64,000 bases of DNA, from NCBI GenBank assembly GCA_025352785.1, contig JANXSD010000149.1, forward strand, positions 14,582 to 78,581. Reading direction: 5' to 3'. The stretch comes from Bacteroidota bacterium. Lineage in GTDB: Bacteria > Bacteroidota > Bacteroidia > AKYH767-A > OLB10. Below are positions 58,597-64,000 of the stretch, piece after piece. Both the position numbers and the translations under genes were made by a program. Position 1 is the first letter of the stretch. The number at the start of each line of letters is the position of its first letter. The notes below the pieces were generated by a model. It did not search any database, was not told the DNA's origin, and worked only from the letters and a program-made list of their open reading frames with translations.

Positions 58597-59541
58597 ATGC
58601 ATAAGAAAATTAAGTTTATTGAAGTGAAGTCGGAAATTGGTGCAGGCACGCGGGGAGCTAGTTTAGGTCCAGATGCAATTAAGGTTGCAGCTTTAGATTA
58701 TGGAAGTACATTGTTCCATAAAATCAGCTCTGTAGAGATTCCAGTTGAAAATAACTTGCTCTTCGAACCACAAGGAAGCCCTTATGCTAAGCGTCTCCGA
58801 GGTATTCTTAATGTATATGAAAAGCTTGTTAAAACCGTAGGCGATACATTAAAAGCAAAGGAGTTTCCTATCGTTTTAGCTGGTGATCATAGCTCTGCCG
58901 GAGGTACTATCGCTGGTATTAAAGCCGCATTTCCGAAGAATAGATTAGGTGTAATCTGGATTGATGCACATGCTGATTTACATTCCCCTTATACTAGCCC
59001 GACTGGGAATGTTCATGGTATGCCGTTGGCTGCTTCTTTGGGTGAAGATAACAGTACAAGTAGGATGAATAAACCTGATAAGGATACTGCGGATTTATGG
59101 AATAAACTCAAAAAAGTAGGAGGGATTACTCCCAAAATCAATTATTCCGACCTAGTATACATTGCAGTTAGAGATGTTGAACCAGAAGAAACATACCTCA
59201 TCAAGAAAAATAAAATCAAATGTTTCACTACCAACGACGTTCGTAGAGATGGAGTGGAGAAGATCGCTCGTGATGCTTTAGCTTATCTCAATAACTGTCA
59301 GATGATCTATGTTTCGTTTGATGTAGACAGTATGGATTCATCTATTTCTAAAGGTACTGGAACTCCAGTTAGAAATGGAATTACAGAAAAGGAAGCAGGA
59401 TCGTTATGTGTACGATTGATACAAAATGAGAAAGTTTGTTGCTTTGAAATTGCGGAAGTAAATCCAACGCTTGATAAAGAAAATCTAATGGCAGAAAATA
59501 CATTCGAAATTCTTCAGCGCGTTGTTTCTCAGATAGCTTAA
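58597..59541 (+). CDS. Arginase-family Mn-dependent ureohydrolase (arginase or agmatinase)
   Basis: Motifs GDHSSAGG, DAHADLHSP and SFDVDSMDSS. Divergent from speA. Confidence 0.75.
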   Translation: MHKKIKFIEVKSEIGAGTRGASLGPDAIKVAALDYGSTLFHKISSVEIPVENNLLFEPQGSPYAKRLRGILNVYEKLVKTVGDTLKAKEFPIVLAGDHSSAGGTIAGIKAAFPKNRLGVIWIDAHADLHSPYTSPTGNVHGMPLAASLGEDNSTSRMNKPDKDTADLWNKLKKVGGITPKINYSDLVYIAVRDVEPEETYLIKKNKIKCFTTNDVRRDGVEKIARDALAYLNNCQMIYVSFDVDSMDSSISKGTGTPVRNGITEKEAGSLCVRLIQNEKVCCFEIAEVNPTLDKENLMAENTFEILQRVVSQIA

Positions 59542-59580
59542 TTTTTATTGAACTAAACTAATTAGTATTGTTAATTAAAT

Positions 59581-61389
59581 ATGTTATTTGAACTCGAATT
59601 ACGTGCGGCAACCGAAAAGGCCATGCAAGAATTATATGATATCACGGTGAGTCCAGATGATATTGCAATTAACGAAACACGCAAAGATTTCGAAGGGGAT
59701 CTAACAGTTGTAGTTTTTAATCTTGCAAAATTAACGCGACAAAGTCCGGATGCTTTAGGAAAAAATGTGGGTGACTGGTTGCAAGAACATTGTGGTGAAG
59801 TGTTAAGCTATAATGTGGTGAAAGGATTTTTAAACGTCGTTGTTAAAACTGAAGCGTGGCAAAATGTTTACTCGGAAGCCTCGTTAGATAAAACTTTGGG
59901 ACGTGTAAGCATTAATGCAAATGTATCCAAACACCCAGTTTTAGTTGAATACAGTTCTCCTAATACCAATAAGCCATTACATCTTGGACATGTAAGAAAT
60001 AATTTTTTAGGATATGCTATTGCAGAAATATTAAATGCTACAGGAAACCCCGTAAGAAAAGTAAATCTTATCAATGATCGTGGTATTCACATTTGTAAAT
60101 CGATGTTGGCATGGATGAAAAATGGAAATGGGGAAACTCCAGAATCAACTGGAATAAAAGGTGATCATTTGGTAGGTAAATATTATGTTGAGTTTGATAA
60201 ATTGTACAAGGCTGAAATTGTTCAGTTAATGGAAAGTGGAATAGCTGAAGATGTTGCAAAAAAAACTGCTCCTTCCATTATTGAAGCACAAGATTTACTT
60301 TTAAAATGGGAGTCGCATGATGCGGCGACAGTTCAGTTATGGGAAACCATGAATAGTTGGGTTTATAAAGGTTTTGATGCGACCTATAAAATGATGGGTG
60401 TTAGTTTTGATAAATTTTATTACGAATCAGAAACCTATTTATTAGGGAAAGGAATTGTTTTAGAAGGTTTAGAAAAAAGTGTTTTTTATAAAAAGGAGGA
60501 TGGTTCTGTTTGGATTGATCTAACAGAAGAAGGATTGGATCAAAAATTATTGATTCGTGCGGATGGTACCAGTGTTTATATCACACAAGATTTAGGTACT
60601 GCAAAAATGCGGTATGAAGAAACTAAATTCACAAAACTTATTTATGTTGTAGGGAATGAGCAGGAGTATCATTTTAAGGTACTTCGTGCCATTATGAAAC
60701 GATTAGGATACGATTGGTGGAACGAATTGCAACATCTTTCTTATGCAATGGTGGATCTTCCTTCAGGAAAAATGAAATCCCGCGAAGGCACAGTTGTGGA
60801 TGCAGATGATTTAATGCAAGAGATGATTGATGATGCGAAAAAAATTACTCAGGAATTGGGTAAGATTGATGATTTCGAAAGTGAAGAGGCAAACGCATTG
60901 TATCACATGATAGGCATGGGAGCACTTAAATATTTTATCTTAAAAATTGATCCTGAAAAAAGGATGATGTTTAATCCTGCAGATTCGATCGATTTCAATG
61001 GTAATACAGGTCCATTTATTCAATATACCTATGCTCGAATTCGTTCGGTGATTCGAAAAGGTGTACAATATAAAAACCTTACAGGATACGAATCATTCAA
61101 TACTGTAACTTACAAAAGTATTAATAGGAAGGAAAAGGATTTGATGAAAATCATTTTAGATTATCCTTTTCAGTTAGGTGATGCAGCTGAAAAATTATCA
61201 CCAGCTATCATTGCAAATTATGTGTACGAACTTGCTAAAGCTTTTAATCAATTTTATCATGAAAATGCAATTGTTGACGAATCACAAACAGATACTTCCA
61301 TGTTTCGAATGCATTTAAGTAATCAATGTGCAAGAATAATAAAAATGGCATTTGCTTTATTGGGAATTCAAGTTCCTGAAAGAATGTAA
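59581..61389 (+). CDS. argS: Arginine--tRNA ligase
   Basis: The HIGH motif appears as HLGHVRN and the KMSKS-like motif as GKMKSREG; C-terminal DALR anticodon-binding region; 602 aa. Confidence 0.9.
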   Translation: MLFELELRAATEKAMQELYDITVSPDDIAINETRKDFEGDLTVVVFNLAKLTRQSPDALGKNVGDWLQEHCGEVLSYNVVKGFLNVVVKTEAWQNVYSEASLDKTLGRVSINANVSKHPVLVEYSSPNTNKPLHLGHVRNNFLGYAIAEILNATGNPVRKVNLINDRGIHICKSMLAWMKNGNGETPESTGIKGDHLVGKYYVEFDKLYKAEIVQLMESGIAEDVAKKTAPSIIEAQDLLLKWESHDAATVQLWETMNSWVYKGFDATYKMMGVSFDKFYYESETYLLGKGIVLEGLEKSVFYKKEDGSVWIDLTEEGLDQKLLIRADGTSVYITQDLGTAKMRYEETKFTKLIYVVGNEQEYHFKVLRAIMKRLGYDWWNELQHLSYAMVDLPSGKMKSREGTVVDADDLMQEMIDDAKKITQELGKIDDFESEEANALYHMIGMGALKYFILKIDPEKRMMFNPADSIDFNGNTGPFIQYTYARIRSVIRKGVQYKNLTGYESFNTVTYKSINRKEKDLMKIILDYPFQLGDAAEKLSPAIIANYVYELAKAFNQFYHENAIVDESQTDTSMFRMHLSNQCARIIKMAFALLGIQVPERM

Positions 61390-61394
61390 TCCAG

Positions 61395-62000
61395 ATGAAA
61401 CGCATCTTCCCGGCACTTTTAATGTCAGTAATAATTTTTAATGCTGGAATTTTATTAGCGATTAAATCTCGTCCGGTTGCTTCTGTAAGTATACCAATAA
61501 CATCTTTAAAGAATGGGGATCTTATTCTACGAAATGGAAAGGGAATTGTAAGCCATTGGTTTAGAGGAATGTCATTACAGGATCAACAATTTTCACATGC
61601 AGGATTAATAAATATAGAAGATAATACTGTTTTTGTTCTACATGCTTATCAAGAGTCAAATCCTTCTGGATTAATTAAAGAAACACTCGATCAATTTATA
61701 AATCCTGATCTTTGTGATAAATTTGCGATCTATCGTTATGAGTTGAATACTCATCAACGAAATATTGTTCATGGGAATATGTTAAAAGATTTGAATAGCA
61801 AAATTCCTTTTGATGATACCTTTGAATTATATAATGGGAAAGAAGTTTATTGTACGGAATGGATTCATGATTGTTTGAATAAATCGATGAACGATTCTAA
61901 TTATATTCCAAAAACCATCGTGAAAGATTTTAGTTACATTTCTCCTGATAATTTGTATTTAAATTCGCATGCTCACAAACTTCTACAAAAACAATATTAA
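61395..62000 (+). CDS. YiiX/YebB-like permuted papain-fold (NlpC/P60 superfamily) putative hydrolase, membrane anchored
   Basis: N-terminal transmembrane helix. The order GDLILRNG ... SHAGLI ... VYCTEWIHDCL matches the permuted Cys/His arrangement of the YiiX family. Confidence 0.5.
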   Translation: MKRIFPALLMSVIIFNAGILLAIKSRPVASVSIPITSLKNGDLILRNGKGIVSHWFRGMSLQDQQFSHAGLINIEDNTVFVLHAYQESNPSGLIKETLDQFINPDLCDKFAIYRYELNTHQRNIVHGNMLKDLNSKIPFDDTFELYNGKEVYCTEWIHDCLNKSMNDSNYIPKTIVKDFSYISPDNLYLNSHAHKLLQKQY

Positions 62001-62004
62001 AAGT

Positions 62005-62460
62005 ATGAAAAAGCATTTCGTTATTTATTTGGGTGTCTTGATATCCTTGTTGGTATCATGTACTAAGGAAGAAGCACCACGTCCAGTTGCTGAAAAGTTT
62101 CTTAATGCCATGCAAAAAAGAGATTATGCTGAGGCCTCAAAATACGGAACTAAAGAAACTTTAAAATTGCTAAAGCAATTAGAACGCATTGAGAAATTAA
62201 ATGAATCTGATTTAACTGAAAAGTCAGGTAAGATAAATATTGTTTCAGAAGATATTCAAGGAACTGTTGCAACCGTTTACTTTACAGAAGAAGGAAATGA
62301 ACTCCAGCAAAAAATCACTTTAAAGAAAGTTTCTCCAAATGAAGATGCAGAAGGAGAGAAAGAGTGGAAGGTGGCATTGAAGAAAGAGGAGATGCAACTA
62401 AATAAACAGCCAAGAACGAAATTCCTAAACGACTCATTGCCAGGAAAAATCTCAGCATAA
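62005..62460 (+). CDS. DUF4878-like lipoprotein
   Basis: Lipobox LLVSC, then AEKFLNAMQKRDYAEASKYGTKETLKLL. Start taken at the internal ATG at 62005. Confidence 0.45.
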   Translation: MKKHFVIYLGVLISLLVSCTKEEAPRPVAEKFLNAMQKRDYAEASKYGTKETLKLLKQLERIEKLNESDLTEKSGKINIVSEDIQGTVATVYFTEEGNELQQKITLKKVSPNEDAEGEKEWKVALKKEEMQLNKQPRTKFLNDSLPGKISA

Positions 62461-62495
62461 TTTTATTATTTTCTTATAATTTAATACCTTTAATT

Positions 62496-62993
62496 ATGAA
62501 TTATCCAATCAACGAATTTTCAAACGACTCAAGAATTTGGGTATTTACTTCTTCATCATTAATTGATAATGAAATTGCGAAATTATTATTGGAGGATACT
62601 GCTTATTTTTTAGATAATTGGCTTGCACATCAACAAATATTAAAAGCTGCAACAATATTATTGCACCAACAATTTTTGATTATTGCTGTTGATGAAAATC
62701 AAACTGGAGCAAGTGGATGCTCAATAGATAAATTGCATCAATTTATTCAGTTGGAAGAAAAGAAATTGAATATAAAATTGTTTGATAGAATGAGAGTGGT
62801 TTATAAAGCAGGTGCTGAAATAAAAAATATATCTATTTCTGAATTGCAGCAATTAATTAAATCTGACGAAATATTTGGCAATACAATTGTCTTTAATCCA
62901 TTGGTAGAATCTCTTTCGTCATTGAATTCTAATTTCGAAGTTGCTTTACAGGATACATGGTTAAATCGTTATCTTGTAAATCAACCTTCATGA
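62496..62993 (+). CDS. Conserved hypothetical protein
   Basis: 165 aa with no motif recognised. It resembles Bacteroidota proteins that I recall being mis-annotated as 'ABC transporter ATPase'. Confidence 0.3.
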   Translation: MNYPINEFSNDSRIWVFTSSSLIDNEIAKLLLEDTAYFLDNWLAHQQILKAATILLHQQFLIIAVDENQTGASGCSIDKLHQFIQLEEKKLNIKLFDRMRVVYKAGAEIKNISISELQQLIKSDEIFGNTIVFNPLVESLSSLNSNFEVALQDTWLNRYLVNQPS

Positions 62994-63118
62994 AAGTCCG
63001 AAAATGGCTTTTCAATATTTTTAAATTAATTTGTGCTTTGGCGCTTATTTATTTTCTTTTTATGCTTCTCATTCATTCTCTTATTTCGCATTTCGAACAT
63101 CCTATTAAGCCAGAGTGA
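62990..63118 (+). CDS. Candidate 42-aa single-pass membrane peptide (MKVRKWLFNIFKLICALALIYFLFMLLIHSLISHFEHPIKPE)
   Basis: Read manually. Its ATG overlaps the TGA of the upstream ORF (ATGA). It has a hydrophobic core and a positive N-terminus. It falls below the ORF-track size cutoff. Confidence 0.3.
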   Translation: MKVRKWLFNIFKLICALALIYFLFMLLIHSLISHFEHPIKPE

Positions 63119-63244
63119 AAACATTTCAATCTCTTAGGACAAGTTGACAATCATGAATCTTATTTGCCATGAAGCCTTCTGCTTAATGGTTCAAGACTTT
63201 TTTTCTATGAAGCATACATACATTAGTAATTTTAACAACACGAA

Positions 63245-63973
63245 TCACTTTGACGAATGTCGTTTTTTAGAACGCAAATTTAACAACTCTACAGAAAGAG
63301 AAAATGCCATTGCAAAATAAATATATCCCTTTGGAACATCATAGTGGAATGCTTCAACAGTTAACATGAATCCAATCATCAATAAAAATGCAAGTGCTAA
63401 CATTTTAATGGTAGGATGATTATTTACAAAATCAGAAACAGATTTGGCGGCGGCTAACATCACCAACATGGAAATGATTACTGCTGCAATCATAATCGAC
63501 ACATGATTTACTAATCCAACAGCAGTTAAAATTGAATCAAAGGAGAATACAATATCAAGACCTATGATTTGCAATATTGCTATATTTAAGGAAAGCTTCT
63601 TTGTACTTGTTTCTTTTGTTCCTTCTTCACCTTCAATTTTTGAATGAATCTCTGAGGTGCTTTTAGCCATCAAAAATAAACCTCCAGCAAGTAATACAAT
63701 ATCTCTTCCGCTAAAGCCATGATCCATAATTGTAAACAGGTTTTCCTTCAAACCAACAACCCAGCTAATCCCAAAGAGCAACAAAATGCGTATGAATAAA
63801 GCGAGTGTTAGCCCAATTTTCCGAGCTCTAACTTGTTTATTTGCTGGTAATTTTCCAGCTATAATTGATATGAAAATTATGTTATCAATTCCTAATACAA
63901 TTTCCATTACCACAAGTGTAAATAGACTTATAAATCCTGAAACAGTAAATATTATTGAAATTTCTTCCCACAT
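63245..63973 (-). CDS. TerC-family integral membrane protein
   Basis: Motif GIDNIIFISIIAGKLP and a duplicated transmembrane architecture; 242 aa. Confidence 0.8.
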   Translation of the reverse strand: MWEEISIIFTVSGFISLFTLVVMEIVLGIDNIIFISIIAGKLPANKQVRARKIGLTLALFIRILLLFGISWVVGLKENLFTIMDHGFSGRDIVLLAGGLFLMAKSTSEIHSKIEGEEGTKETSTKKLSLNIAILQIIGLDIVFSFDSILTAVGLVNHVSIMIAAVIISMLVMLAAAKSVSDFVNNHPTIKMLALAFLLMIGFMLTVEAFHYDVPKGYIYFAMAFSLSVELLNLRSKKRHSSK

Positions 63974-64000
63974 TGTTCTAAGGTATATTAAAATTCTTGC

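Noticed and set aside
62990-63010. GAAAGUCCG resembling RNase P RNA conserved region I
   Set aside because: It is an isolated 9-mer inside a short, 251-bp gap. No other conserved regions of RNase P RNA are nearby.
1-64000. CRISPR arrays, transposases, integrases, phage genes, tRNA genes
   Set aside because: No regularly spaced direct-repeat arrays, no transposase or integrase-like ORFs, and no GGTTCGAATCC-type tRNA T-arm signatures were found in the intergenic regions. The window appears to be core chromosome.

Overview
Low-GC (~35%) Bacteroidota chromosomal window, almost fully coding with ~60 genes and no transposase, integrase, CRISPR array or recognisable defence genes. Type IX secretion C-terminal sorting tails, the N/K/I-rich hypothetical proteins and a promoter-like TAnnTTTG element support the phylum call.

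Most genes are core metabolism and information processing:
- etfB-etfA with a DUF151 nuclease, pdhB, a split transketolase, fsa/tal, miaA, queA, rnhB, priA, argS, speA plus an arginase-family gene, a Smr-less mutS2-like gene, corA, and a ClC channel.
- Two envelope/polysaccharide loci: gmhA-gmhB with GT4 and GT2 glycosyltransferases, and a Wzx-like flippase, Wzz-like and O-antigen-ligase-like set beside an lpxD paralog and a GAF-PP2C phosphatase.
- An ECF sigma, anti-sigma, LTXXQ periplasmic module.
- Two BNR/Asp-box secreted proteins (one with a Type IX tail), a PNGase F-like Type IX cargo, and a TonB-dependent receptor.

Non-ORF features: a signal recognition particle RNA (ffs) on the minus strand at 19532-19626, and several intrinsic-terminator hairpins, two of them perfect 17-bp palindromes between convergent genes.

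I did not find an unambiguous novel multi-gene system. The observations most worth follow-up are:
- a VWA-domain secreted protein wedged, with 3-bp and 37-bp gaps, between the N- and C-terminal transketolase genes;
- an AT-rich two-gene secreted-protein islet (34815-36145);
- an orphan Uma2-like ORF bracketed by repeat-rich AT-rich DNA (56154-57058);
- a 543-bp ORF-free corA leader;
- a PNGase F-like Type IX protein paired with a DUF4153 membrane protein;
- several ATGA/TGATG translationally coupled junctions, including corA-priA.

The ORF track reports only complete ORFs and uses ATG/GTG/TTG starts. The 5'-truncated gene at 1..1745 (minus) was therefore missing from it, and several long ORF starts are TTG artefacts that I trimmed to internal ATGs.
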